Source: Leidyana gryllorum EB-2025a (taxonomy: Eukaryota > Protista > Apicomplexa). From it: DNA of 64,000 bases. The position numbers and the translations under genes are program-made. Shown piece by piece: positions 45,746 to 58,075 of this stretch. The number at the start of each line of letters is the position of its first letter. Position 1 is the first letter of the stretch. The stretch covers positions 380,128 to 444,127 of the forward strand of contig JBLWGC010000035.1 in assembly GCA_048772705.1 (NCBI GenBank), written 5' to 3'. A model generated the notes under the pieces. The model saw only the letters and a list, made by a program, of their open reading frames with translations. It made no database searches and was not told the DNA's origin.

Positions 45746-47692
45746 ATGACAACCAAGACGTTGGAATACACGGAGGTGCCCATCGACTCGGTGGCTGTCT
45801 ACCTCACGGGGGCTGAGCTGAACCGACGAGTGGACCTAACTTTTGACACTCCAGGGCCACAAACGGTCAAGATTCTTTTGCCTGGGAATGATGCTGACTT
45901 GACTACTGTTCGTGCTGCCGTGATTGGCGGTACCGCGAAAGCAGATATAATCAAGTTGGATTCCGGAGTCGATGAGTGGACCTTCTACAATCGGCTGGAA
46001 CGGTACCCGGAAGCCAAGCCTATCTATGAAGAGTTTCTGACCTTGTGTAAAGCTTATCAAGAGTTGCGTGGCGAGGCTTTGGGGTTGACGGTGGCGTTGA
46101 GTAACGTCGAGAAGGTGCTCAAGTACCTGTGTTCGGACAAGTGTCCGGTAGCCATTTCTGACTTTGAGACTCACTGCAAACTGATGAGGGAAGCACGCAC
46201 CCATTCTCATCAGCTTAGCCACCGCCAGCAAGAAGTTGAGAGATTGAGTCGAGTCAGCCAAGCTGATATAATTGCGGTAACGCACAAGTTGAACGTGGCG
46301 ATGAAGATGGGATTTAGTGTCGATCCCAGACATGCTCCAGTTACATGGCTGCGGAACTTGAACAAGCTATTGGTGCAGCCCAATGCTGTTGACAACCGTT
46401 CTTGGGTGCAACTGTCGTTATCTGTAGCTGAGCCAGGAAGCTTGACACTCAATGTCAGCTACTTGGCGAACAATGCAACTTGGCGTCCGTCGTACGACTT
46501 CCGTATAGCAACGGGGCAAGACGAGGAGTTGGATTTGACATACTTTGCCTATATCTCCCAGACAACTGGTGAAGATTGGAAGGATGTGTCAGTCTCCCTC
46601 CATGCCGGGTCTCCGTCCAGTGAGTTTGCACAGCAGGTCACTTTTATGACGCTCTGATCTGCAGCTGCAGGGGGTCCCCCCGGATTGAGTCCTCTGACGG
46701 TGCGCTTGAAAGAGCAACCCAAGATGATGAAACCCATGATGATGCAGAAGGCATCCATGAGGTCTGCAGCACCAATGGCCGTCGAGTGTGCTGTTGCGGA
46801 TGATGAATGTGAGGATGCGGAAATGGGCTATTGTCTTATGGATTCGGCCGCTCCAGCAGCTTCATTCGGAATGATGAAACGCAAGAAGATGGCTCTCAAG
46901 GCAAAGGTTCGGGAGGGTTCAGAGGTCCAAGCGGCCTTTGACATACCCAAGCGTTGGAACATTGAGTCTTCGGCCCACGACCACCGCTTTGTTATCACGC
47001 AAGCGACTCTGAGATGCAACATTCTGAACTATTGCTCACCCGAAGCATCTCCAACAGTGTTCCGAGCTGCGCGTGTTGAGAACACGACTGGGTGCATCAT
47101 GATGGCTGCTCCCGCTCAGGTGTATTGGGACGGATCGTTGATTGCTACAACGCAACTGAAGACCGTTGCCCCTGGAGATCACTTCGAAGCCTTCTTCGGT
47201 GAGGATGAGAGAGTGAGAATTGAAGTTCGGCCCGAGAAGACCAATAATAAGGTAAGAGGGGAGGTCAGGATGGCCCACTTTATCTTTCGGCACACAGACC
47301 CGCGGAATAGTGAACGTGTCGGCGGTTCGCGAGGTCTCCCATGCGTTGACCCTTCGCAACCAACGGGACCAAACGCTACGCGTGATGATTGTTTATCGCC
47401 TGCCGGTATCTACCTCAGCGGCCATATCGGTTGTACCGGAGATTGGTCCGGTGAAGAGTGAGTTTGCAGTCGTGGAGTCGAATGGTTTTATTTTGTGTCA
47501 GAATGGGAAGGAGAGTCGGATCTGGAAGCGGTGGATGACGCCCACTGGTCTGATAAGACGGAGTGGTTACATAATACAATCACGGACCACTGTATTCGTA
47601 TCATCAAGGCTCCAGCACAATCGTCACATCCGGTGACCTTTAAGTACTATGTGGAGAACGCCAACAACAAACCTATAGTTATCGCGCCCTGA
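45746..47692 (+). CDS. DUF4140/DUF4139 (mucoidy inhibitor MuiA-like) protein; multi-exon
   Basis: IDSVAVYLTGAELNR, coiled coil, SYLANNATWRPSYDFR, AYISQTTGEDWKDVSVSL, AQVYWDG, FGEDERVRI. Confidence 0.85.
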
Positions 47693-47745
47693 ACGGAGCC
47701 CTTTTTGGTGGTGCGCGCGTGCAATAAAACATTTATGCATATAAA

Positions 47746-48716
47746 ATGAGACTTCAATCATCACTCGCGCGACCTCTTACCTCCTTTCGGGGCTTCTCAG
47801 CCGTTGGGTGCCGTCGATTCACGAAAATTGTAAGTGAACCAACACTGTCCTGCACTGGACTCCTCCACTTCCACAGGCTGATGGTCACTCACTTCGAACC
47901 AAGTTTCCCGTGAACTGCCCGAACTGTCGAGCAGCGCAACCTTCGTACAGCTTCAAGTGTCCCAAATGCGGCGGGCTGGGCGGCGTTATAGACGGAGAAG
48001 CTCGGGAGAAGCTCAATCCATATGACCTCTTTGATTGGTGAGACACAGCACTCTTCCGGTGGTGATGAACTCTTCTCAGTCTGCGAGAGAAGCCTATTGA
48101 TTTTCGTGTCAGTACCGCTGAACTGCAGAAGGAGTATCGCGCGAGAATGCGCGATCTTCATCCCGATGTGATTCAAGCAGCAGGAGGCGAAGAGGTCAGT
48201 GTCACTTCGTGCCGCCGTCTCATGGCTGACTATCTCTATTTTTCAGAAGGAGACGGATGCCGCGGCTTTCCACACTGCGGTGTATACAAAAGCACTCAAT
48301 GACCTCCGTGATCCTATCACTCGGGCGCTGGCTGTGCTACGCTATGTATTCGGAGTTAAAGCCCTGGAAGAGGAGAGCACCATTGACGATCAAGAATTCA
48401 TCATTGAAGTCCTAGAGGCAACTGAAGAGGTCACCGAAGCTGAGTACCTATCAGAACACGAAGGACACAAGCTACAGACGTGAGTTGGTGAAGTGTCATT
48501 CGATTTTATGTTTTCATCAGGGAATGGCAACGGAGGATGAAGGGGCTTCTCCAAGAGATCGAAGGTGGTTTTGACACCCTAGCGGACCCCAAAGTGACGT
48601 CTCTGGACAGTTCGGACGCTCGGAAGGCTCTCAAACAGGTGGAGACGGCATTGGAGAAGTGTCGCGTGATCGAGAAGCTCCTCAATACGATTGCTGAAAA
48701 GCTTCCGGTGACGTAA
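47746..48716 (+). CDS. HSCB: Fe-S cluster co-chaperone HscB/HSC20 with mitochondrial presequence; multi-exon
   Basis: MRLQSSLARPLTSFRGFS presequence; CPNC...CPKC; J-domain LQKEYR....LHPD; ALNDLRDPITRA; DQEFIIEVLE. Confidence 0.85.
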
Positions 48717-48738
48717 TGTCTGCGCCAATTATATGTTA

Positions 48739-51700
48739 TCAAATTCGCCGTCTCGAAAGTCTCCACGAGTTTGGCTCTTCGTACCGATTGAAAAGCGGCT
48801 CGATCCGTTCCCGCTGTTGACGTGTGGAGAGCTTTTGAGCATTGGCCTGAAGTATAAAATGCAGGAGACATGATATATATATACATATATATCCAAACTC
48901 ACCTGCTTGTACAGATTGGGTGCCAATTCAACCAGCCACAAGGGATTGATGGTGCAACAATCTCGGAGATACTCCTTGGTGGTCATGACGAGCTCGTGGT
49001 AGACAAGATACTCTGGATGGCATTGATATATACAGCTGGAAGGATGGAGATAGACTTGTTGATGGTCCACTAAGGTTCGGTAACCCTCTTGAGGATCTTT
49101 GCGGGCAGCGTGTCGGAAATACCCAGCGCAAATTGCTTTGCACACTCTGTTATTGTCTTTTCCAGCGCTGGTGACTTCATAGCGGTATCGGTCCAGAATT
49201 GAGATTAGTTGTTTTCGAACCTCCTGAGCTCTCCTCAAACTCCGAACCTGAACAAAATTCTCAAAACACCAACTGTTCGAGAACTTGCTCTGTGACCACG
49301 CCTTGTAAACCTCCAGATAGGTGATGTGATCACCTTCCACTTGATGGAACTTTGATTTCTTTTGGTCCGCGAGTGCCTGTTTGTCTCGAGGCCGATAAAA
49401 GACATTTTCCACCTGGATCATAGCTGTGATTGTGATGATCTCATCGGTGCACTTCAGATCGACAGCCACCAACAACATCTTCCCCAACTGTGGCTCCATC
49501 GGAAACTCCGCCATCTTTCGACCCAAACGAGTCATCAAACCCTCTCCGTCCAAAGCTCCCAACTCATACAGTACTTCTAAGGAATTCAGTAGGGTCTGAT
49601 ACGGCGGGGGGTCCATGAAGTCAAAATTCTGCAGATCGTTCACCCCCATAGCTTTCAGCTGCAGAACAGTGTTGGCCAAGTTGGTACGCTGAATTTCAGG
49701 AACGGCTGTTGGCAACATTTCAGACTTGTAGACTTCCTCGGTGTACAGCCGATAACACTTGCCGGGTCCTGTACGTCCAGCACGACCCGAACGTTGGCGT
49801 GCATTCGCTTGACTAATTGGCACAACAGTCAGGGACTCTATTCCTGTCTTTGGTGAATAGACCTTCACTTTGGCCACGCCAGGATCAACCACAAAGCTAA
49901 TTCCGTCAATAGTCAAAGAGGCTTCGGCAATGTTGGTGGCCACCACACACTTGCGACAGCCAGGAGGCGCCGGCTCGAAAATCATCGTTTGCATCTCGGA
50001 CGGCAGGGACGAGTAGACTGGTAGAACAATCAGCTCAGGAGGGTTTTGCGACTTGAGAGCCTTCATTCGTTCGTGGAGGGTGAGACAAGCGCTATCAATT
50101 TCCTCTTGACCGGTCAAGAATACGAGGATGTCTCCCGGCGGCTCCACCAAATGAATCTGCAGAACGGTGATCAGAGCCGCTTCGACGTAGTCCGATTCCT
50201 GCTCCTTTGTGTAGAAGATTTCAACCGGATAAGTCCGCCCAGGGATGGTGAAGATTTTGGCTTGGAAGAAGTACTCGGAGAACTTCTCGGCATCGAGAGT
50301 GGCCGAGGTGACAATGAGCTTGAAGTCGGGACGCTTGCGCAGCAAATCCTTCAAAAGGCCGAACAGAACGTCAGTGGATATAGTTCGTTCGTGAGCTTCA
50401 TCCAACATGATGACAGAGTAGCGAGACAGCATGGGATCGACAATACGTTCGCGGAGGAGGATACCGTCAGTCATATACTTGATGACAGTATCTGGGGACG
50501 TAACGTCTTCGAATCGGATTGAGTAACCGACTTCTTGGCCGAGACGGCACCCAAACTCATCAGCGACACGTTTAGCGATAGACATTGCGGCCACACGCCT
50601 TGGCTGCGTACAGCCAATTATACCTCCCCTGGCGAGACCGGCTTCCAATATATATTGTGTCATCTGGGTGGTTTTACCGGACCCAGTTTCACCAATGACA
50701 ACTAGAACTTGATTTTCGGCGATGGCTTCAATCAACTTGGATCTCAACTGGAATATTGGAAGACTTTCCCGTTGTTCCAGGATACTCTTATTGGTTTTCA
50801 AACCCAAACTAACCGACTGGTTGAGATATAAGCGCTTCCACTCAGGCTGCTCATACGCTGTGTACCCGATACCCCTCAGACTCGCAGCAATAGTCCTCTC
50901 TCCGGGCTGCGGGTTCGGATCTTCCCAAGGCCTGTGGATGTCTCTCGGTATACGGCTGAGCATCTCACGCTCGGTTTGATCACGAACATCCCGTCTCTCT
51001 TTAGCTAAGACAGTCGCGGTGGCAGCTGCCCGAGCCAGCGAGCCTTCGGGGTTGGCGAGGACACGTATAGGAGACAGTTGAACTCCAGAGCGAGTTGTTT
51101 GACCTTTGAGAAAAGGTGGCTCTATGTCGTTGATCTCAATCTCAATATCCTCTTCGGTACGCGGCTCTACAGCACTCAGAAGGGCTTCCGCTTCGTCGAC
51201 ATCCAGTTCGTGTCTCTTCATCACTCCGGAGGCTTGAAGTTGTTGAACGTCCCAGCGCTCGTAATCATTGAGACGGCGCCGTTTACTTCCCACATTGGTG
51301 GCAGCATTCGTTGTCTCCGGGAGTCTACGCTCCGGAGGCATTGAAAGAGGCACTCCAGTGATGGGGCCGTATTTACCGTCTGTCTCATCCAAATTGTCGG
51401 GTGAGGCAGCGGCCTCATCATCGCTGAGACTGAATCGACGTTCCCCTCGATTGGGTGAGCGACGGCGTTTCGTCGGCACCGTTTCACGGTCGATTAGCTC
51501 GGCAGCCCGCCGCGTGAGTGGGAAGTTGGATTCTGGCCGTTTAAGCTGAAGTTCACGACGATTAGGATTGTCGTGTATCGCCAGAGCCGGGAAGCGGACG
51601 GAGCCGTTAGCGGACCCCGTCCCCTCACTGGCTGGTCGACCCTCTTCCGTGCTGTCCGGAGGTAGCTCGGGCAGAGTGACTTTACTCAGTTTAGAGATGA

Positions 51701-51951
51701 TTTGGTGAAGGGTCTTAGCCAAGTCGTAGGAGAGCCCCCAGTCTTGGCATTTATGGGCAAAGTCTTTGAGAGTCGCCGTCTCCTTGTGCGTTGCCAGTAT
51801 CATATCGACAACGTCAGGGAGAGCCTGTTGAAAAGGGGATACGGGGGTATCCTGGGCAGTAGGGACTTACTTCATCCGGTAGGTCGAGGTGATTCTGCAG
51901 CTCATTGGCTATGCGTGCCTGAAGGCCGAGGAACGCGATATCATCCAGCAT
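48739..51951 (-). CDS. PRP22: Pre-mRNA splicing DEAH helicase Prp22/DHX8; about 3 exons
   Basis: [31 protein letters not shown]; Prp22-specific [10 protein letters not shown]; spliced C-terminus [21 protein letters not shown]. Confidence 0.95.
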
Positions 51952-52127
51952 GAAATTTTGGCCTGGTTGTAACTGATGGCTTGAAGCTTCAACAGATATC
52001 GTGGAACTGTAAGGTGCATATTGGTCTGCACCTCGAGCTTGGCTGACTACGTGTTGTACTCGCCGATTCATTGATATTTCTCTACTTTGGTACTTCCTTT
52101 CTTCTTCTCTTCTTGTTTACCGCCAGT

Positions 52128-53294
52128 ATGATGGAAGGATTACTTCAAACTGCGGAGCTCCCATCGCCACCACCGTCGCAACTACTTCGGAATACATCTA
52201 CAAGCGAATCCGAAGACTGGATATTCGGGAAGAACAATCCTCGCGCAACACCCACCCAAAACACAACCGGAGACGAAACATCATCATCCTCCGATGTCCT
52301 TCTCAACAACAAGATCGTACAACTCCTGATGCACACGCCCGTTGCGGCTACGGCTTCTTCGTCTCACAATGAATGGTTGGATTCCGTTATCAGTGCGGCC
52401 TCAAATGACATTTTTGAGCCGGAACAAACCGACGAACAGCTACAGTCCCTCATCGGCATGCTCACTCATCAAGACCAATCACAACGCGCCCGCGCTTTGA
52501 GCTTCCCGTCAGCCCAGAACTTCGAGTCCCCCCTTCTTCCCCCTTCATCCTCGAACATCGCCGTTGGTACCTCCGGTTGGTCCCCCGCCAACAGACCCTA
52601 CCACTCCGTCGATCGTGCAACTGCACTAAAGAGGGACACCGCTACCACTGCTTTATCACCCGTCAGCTCCGGCGGCTCCGATCGACACGTTGCTCTGCCT
52701 CCCAAGGGCAAACGAGCTCCAGCCAAGGGCTGGTGGAAGACCGAAATCTGTAAATTCTGGAAAGAAGGATCGGGTTGCCGCAATGGCACCAATTGCCGTT
52801 GGGCACACGGAGACGAGGAGTTGCGACGCATACATCCTGCGCATGATGGTGCCGACCGTTTTGAGCGCGAACCCTCTAACCGACGACGCCCCTTACCCGA
52901 AACTTCGTCTCATAGTGAATTGAAACAAACCGCCAAGGAGGATAATGAATGGTCCTACCTCCCCCTCACTTCCCTCGGGCGCAACCAGCGCGCCAGTATC
53001 ATTGACCATATCTGGCGCACTATTCGATCTGCTAGGGAGCCCTTCCTCTCACTAGAAGAAAACGTTTTCGTCGCGGGACCCCCCGGGATTCAAGTCAACC
53101 CAACGTATTGGGGGGAACTTCTCGGCGCTTTGGACTGTCACAACACTGCTGACTCCCCCGTAAGCCATCATTATCCTTATCCTCACCCCATGTCTCCTTT
53201 GCCCGGCCGCCGCACACGCGCCGTATACGCACCTTCTCAACGAGTTGGTGTGCATATTGAACGTCCACCACCCTACTACAACCACCAATGCTAA
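52128..53294 (+). CDS. CCCH zinc-finger (TIS11/ZFP36-type lead-in) protein
   Basis: WKTEICKFWKEGSGCRNGTNCRWAHGDEELR within an otherwise low-complexity ORF. Confidence 0.85.
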   Translation: MMEGLLQTAELPSPPPSQLLRNTSTSESEDWIFGKNNPRATPTQNTTGDETSSSSDVLLNNKIVQLLMHTPVAATASSSHNEWLDSVISAASNDIFEPEQTDEQLQSLIGMLTHQDQSQRARALSFPSAQNFESPLLPPSSSNIAVGTSGWSPANRPYHSVDRATALKRDTATTALSPVSSGGSDRHVALPPKGKRAPAKGWWKTEICKFWKEGSGCRNGTNCRWAHGDEELRRIHPAHDGADRFEREPSNRRRPLPETSSHSELKQTAKEDNEWSYLPLTSLGRNQRASIIDHIWRTIRSAREPFLSLEENVFVAGPPGIQVNPTYWGELLGALDCHNTADSPVSHHYPYPHPMSPLPGRRTRAVYAPSQRVGVHIERPPPYYNHQC

Positions 53295-53407
53295 TTCTGA
53301 CTCTCTCACAAGGGATGCCTCTTTTCTCTTCTTCTGTTAATTGCTACTTTGCGTCACGACGGATTTCTTCTCTATACACTACACTGTGTTACTGACTTAT
53401 TCTCATC

Positions 53408-54581
53408 AATGCAATACCATTCTCTGAAGTGTGTGCCCTTTCCGATCCGCCGCTGTCTCACACTCATACCGTGCCCGCGGTCGTGCCGAAGCAATCTGAT
53501 TGCCGTGGATCATAGCGAGCGCATTTGAGGAAGTTGTGCACCATGACGCAGGATTGCTCCCTGGCATCTGTACACTTCCCAAACAGACTGATTGGCTGTT
53601 GTGCCTCGTCCTCTGGCCTTCGTCAGCAGACGCGTTGTGCGCGGCCGTGTAGCTTCCTCTCTGCATATGTTGCTCGATCTGTGATAATTTGCCTTCTCGA
53701 CTGTTTGCAGGCCCAAGAGGCCCAGGGTACTTCGTGCAGCCTGTGTGGGCAAACACAGCGTTCGTCGCCCCGACGCGTCGTGCACTTCAGCAACAGTTCT
53801 GCTGGTCCCTGCGGCCCACTTAATGTCCGCGTCTGTGACAGGTGCCACTATCTGGCAGAAGAGAAGGCCGCCAGTATTATTTTACCCACAATGATCCCCA
53901 AGAACATGGAGGATCGAAGCCGCCTGGCTCTTTGGGGAATGAAAATAGCTGAGTGAGCCAAATACAGTGTTGTGTACACTTTATTGCTGTGTAGATTGTT
54001 GCGAGCGTGCGAAGACGGAAGTTGGGTATTGCGGGGAACTGTGATGGACATATTTGCCTCCGACACCCCCCGAGATTTCTGGTCCATGCATCTCAGACAG
54101 TGCGCCCGCCTGTGTGTTGTGGTGAGTGCTCAACCCAATAGCGAGCGTACGAGGAGACACAACAATTTGTTCATCTCAGATGAGGAATTATGTTGAACTA
54201 CTGCCTGTTACCCCGAGAACGCAGTTATTCACGACCGAAGTACTAGACAACCTCAGCCTGTGCGAGTGGACAGCTGTGGCGCACCAATCAGCCCTCTTTC
54301 TCGCGCTGATCTTTTCGGGATTCCCTATGCCCAACTTCGCGATCCCCCTCTCCGCGGTTCCCTACGCGCAGCCCGTTGCGACTCCGTCCTCAATAACTGG
54401 TCGCGCAGGAAGAGATTGGCGGGTGGCGCCTTCGTCCCCCGCTGGCTCCTCCACTGACCTGGACCCACCCTCTCAGGGCGCGGTAGATCTATTTCCCGCA
54501 GTACCGGATACGTCCTCGCCGTCTTGGACGGCCCAATTGCTAAAGTTACAACAACGTCGTGCCGCAGGAAATATCCGATAA
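53408..54581 (+). CDS. Cys-rich, possibly degenerate FYVE-type zinc-finger protein; 5' structure uncertain
   Basis: CARPC...CSLCG...VRVCDRC spacing; GTGAG introns at about 53952 and 54122; no RxHHC motif. Confidence 0.35.
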
Positions 54582-55880
54582 ATTAGAAGGATATCCGCGT
54601 GTCAAACAACGCAACCCACATTCTAGTGCGCCCACTACATCCGTTATCCGGTTTCTTTCGTACATACTTATCCATACACATACACACTTCATAACAGGTC
54701 CATCAGGTCAGGATGCACACAGATGATGTCACTAGGTCGGTGACGTCGAAAGTTTAAGCAATTCTTGCTTCGTCACCTACAACGTTTTGTGGCTAATGAC
54801 CGACCTATTTTCTTATTAGGCGGGGAACAACAATACAGATCTGGAGCGACTAACCACCGATACTGCTGCTGCTGTTGCTACCTATTCCAACGACCCCGTC
54901 CAGTCATAACATCGAACACATAACCAGCAACAATGTCAACAACAGAACCGCGCGAGCGAGCATCGACTCAAACCGAGCAGGAGAGGTACCAGCTGCTGCT
55001 GTCAAGAGATCATTTGCAGACGCGCTTTGCCTGACAATCTGCTCATACAAACGCACTGCTACTGCTCTGGGGTATCGGTGTGGGTGTCCGACCGGTCATG
55101 ATACCCCCATATGTTCTCTCCAACCTTCATCCCACCATTTTCTTTCGCCCTCTACGCCTACTTTGTCCTCTCCCCCTCCATTCTTTATGCATTTATGCTA
55201 GGGGGTGCGAGAGTACTCCCTGGAGATAGGTCACACAATTATGAAATAGCTCCCTGTCCCTTTGTTGCCATACACTTCTTCGGAATCCCCTACCAACTCC
55301 AAGTGCCTGCGGTATAAGTATCTTATTGCTGCTCAGTGTCCTGCCACCGCTGTAACGCCTCAAACAATGCTAGCGCCATCGTCATCCTATCCACCAAATG
55401 TAATTGTCTATAAACATACGATATGGTTCAGAGTGGTAAACCTCAAAGGCACGAACTTTCATCAAGCGCGCAGACTCCGCCTACTTCGAGACGTATTCAT
55501 CTCTCCTTTGGCCGGGAGCTAGTCACTCGACCTTGTCGTACGTAGGAATTTAAGACTTCGAACCACATCCAGCAAGTTATCGAGAGTCGAATGAGCAGAT
55601 GATCGAGTGACTCCCAAGAGAATGAGGGTGTCTCCGATCACAATACATGTACCCTTTGTGGCATCTTGATATGCTTGAAGCAGTCAGACCACTACCTGAT
55701 CGACGAGCTGACAAGTCTCTGTTGACAATCATACTCGCGTCGGGTCAATGAAGACACAGAATTCGAGAGGAGTGATTGACAAACGGGTCGGTGAACGTCC
55801 AGTCCGTCGGTCTGACTTGTTCAAGCAATTCAATCTTCCATTTTCAATGAAGCGCTCCGTCAATGTGTGAATCACATCAT

Positions 55881-57134
55881 TTATTCACCCGCGGTCTTGG
55901 CGCGTTTGAGCAGCAATTGAGCCAAAGCACTGGTGGAAGAAGTGACAATCTCGGCTTCCAACCTTTCCAGCCGACTGAGAAGCTTGGGAACATCGTCATC
56001 AACGGACATCAAGTCTCGGTGAATGCCTTCGAGCAAATTATCTAGCTGCTTTCGAGCCACTGCGGCCTCATGGACCGTGCATGGTTGAGTCTGCCCTTGA
56101 TCATCGTTTTCCTCGGTTGTGGCCTCTGGCGGAGGTAGTTCTTGATCGACAGCTTCCGACTCCAACTCACAGGGGGTAAGTTGACTTATCTGCGTTGAAT
56201 AGTCTTGTTGTGTCTCTCCAGGTCGGAATGACCTTTGTTCGTCAGCTTCTGTGGTGCTGCCTCCGCTGTTGCATGACCGACGATCTTCAATCTGCTGCTC
56301 GTCACTTGGTTCGTCCAACCCCTGCGGAGTACTTCGTTTCACGCCCAAGATGTCCTCGAGACTAGACTCTATCACGGCTGTGAGAGCTTCCTGTTGACTC
56401 TCTGGGGCAACGTCGAAGACAATGCGTTCCTCCCTCTCTTGATGATCGGGCAGAAGAGCCTCTGAGGATGTATATCTGTCTTCTATATCCCTGTACATAT
56501 CATCGCCCTCATCACCCGAGTTGGCCATTTTAGCGCTTCTATCGTTCAAACCCAAGGACTGGAGCACTTCCGCCGGTGTCAACTTGCGCTTTCGATCACT
56601 AGTCTTCAGATTCAGATTGGGTACACCAAATTGCGCCAATTGCATTCCAGTGGGTCGATTAGTTGACTCCGTATGTCGCTGAGCTGAGTTGATGTTGGAC
56701 CTGCGTGAAATAGCCTGTGACGCTCTCTGCGAAGCACGGCTTTCTGGATTGTGCAGCCGGTTGACAGCTTCATCTATCAAAGGGCGGGGAGGACTCAACA
56801 GGTGCATAACTGTTGGGGGACTGTGAACATCTGCGGTTGCTGAAGGGGACAAGGCTTGTGGATGCTCTCGTGGGGTCTGACAATCGTGCGATGAGATCGA
56901 AGACGTTGTGATCCGATGAGCAGCTTCCTCTGGGTCTGGCAGCGGGAAGCTATCTAATCCGTCTTCGTCCGCTGGGGGCTGATTGCCGGTTCTACCTTTT
57001 GTGGGTGGGGCTGCCGGTAAGCGTAAAGCTTTCCTGCCATCACGAAGGGGGACAGTGGAGGCTACTTTGCGAAATCGGGCTGGGAGCGATAGAAATGGGG
57101 TTGTATGGGATTCTGTTGATGGGTTGGTGGTCAT
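55881..57134 (-). CDS. Hypothetical disordered/coiled-coil protein (may continue by splicing toward about 55200)
   Basis: Long ORF from ATG 57134, RKRK basic patch, acidic region, heptad-like end; a possible GTGAAT donor sits at the apparent stop. Confidence 0.55.
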   Translation of the reverse strand: MTTNPSTESHTTPFLSLPARFRKVASTVPLRDGRKALRLPAAPPTKGRTGNQPPADEDGLDSFPLPDPEEAAHRITTSSISSHDCQTPREHPQALSPSATADVHSPPTVMHLLSPPRPLIDEAVNRLHNPESRASQRASQAISRRSNINSAQRHTESTNRPTGMQLAQFGVPNLNLKTSDRKRKLTPAEVLQSLGLNDRSAKMANSGDEGDDMYRDIEDRYTSSEALLPDHQEREERIVFDVAPESQQEALTAVIESSLEDILGVKRSTPQGLDEPSDEQQIEDRRSCNSGGSTTEADEQRSFRPGETQQDYSTQISQLTPCELESEAVDQELPPPEATTEENDDQGQTQPCTVHEAAVARKQLDNLLEGIHRDLMSVDDDVPKLLSRLERLEAEIVTSSTSALAQLLLKRAKTAGE

Positions 57135-57167
57135 AGGGCCGCGCGCACACAGGAGACACACGATTAT

Positions 57168-58007
57168 TCAATCAATCTCAAGTCGCTCCAGATGCTCCTT
57201 GGCGTCTTTTTCCGCTTGATTTAAAAGGTCCTCGGGTACCAACTCGGCTTGATCGTCTTGGCAGGCCCGCAGCCAGATCATTTCTATCTTCATTTCCCGT
57301 TCGCGAACATCCGCGTGACCTTGGTGAAGAATTTTGCAGAAGTCAAACAGGCCTTGTTGGCACGACACTTCGTTCAGCTTGAGTTTCTCGAGCTCACTCT
57401 TCGCTCCATTGGCACCCTTAGCAACAGCGGCACCCCGATATTTATAAGCAGCTCCAGTGGGGTCAATGACCCACAGTGAGTAGTTCTCTGGGCTAGGAGG
57501 TGCCGGCTCTGCCATGTCATTTGTGTTCTTGTTTGCGGCATGGTATCCAGATACCGGGAAGGGCTCGGGAACTTTCTTTTCAGCAACTCCGATGAGTATG
57601 GAGCAACCGAAAGGTCGTACTGACCAATACGCAGTGTAACTGTGCACAAAGAGGCCAATACGATCGGCCAGTACCGGCCCACTGATCGGCACACCCCAAA
57701 CGGATTCGTATTCGGCACATTCGGCTCGGGCACGGGCGACTAACTGGCGGGCGTCAGGAAGAACTCCTGCTACGGCGCAAATGACATGTGGAGCGAGTTT
57801 GAAGACTCTTGTGGATGTGGATGGAACGACGAGTTTGGCTGAGGGAAGATATTTGTCGACAGCCAAGAGGATCCCATCGTTGAATATAGCTCCAATGGTG
57901 AGTCCTGTCGCGTCAACAGCTTTGCCAGCATACTCTACTTGAAAAACCCTCCCGTCCGGGGAGAAGGTGGCGACCGAGAGGTCATACCCAGATCCCATTG
58001 AAGCCAT
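57168..58007 (-). CDS. PSMA3: Proteasome subunit alpha type-3 (alpha7)
   Basis: MASMGSGYDLSVATFSPDGRVFQVEYA, YTAYWSVRPFG, AKSELEKL. Confidence 0.95.
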   Translation of the reverse strand: MASMGSGYDLSVATFSPDGRVFQVEYAGKAVDATGLTIGAIFNDGILLAVDKYLPSAKLVVPSTSTRVFKLAPHVICAVAGVLPDARQLVARARAECAEYESVWGVPISGPVLADRIGLFVHSYTAYWSVRPFGCSILIGVAEKKVPEPFPVSGYHAANKNTNDMAEPAPPSPENYSLWVIDPTGAAYKYRGAAVAKGANGAKSELEKLKLNEVSCQQGLFDFCKILHQGHADVREREMKIEMIWLRACQDDQAELVPEDLLNQAEKDAKEHLERLEID

Positions 58008-58075
58008 CTTCTTCGGTGGTGTTGTTAGTCAAGGGATACTATTATCAAATTTTTGTCATATCAAGCAGCGACCAT

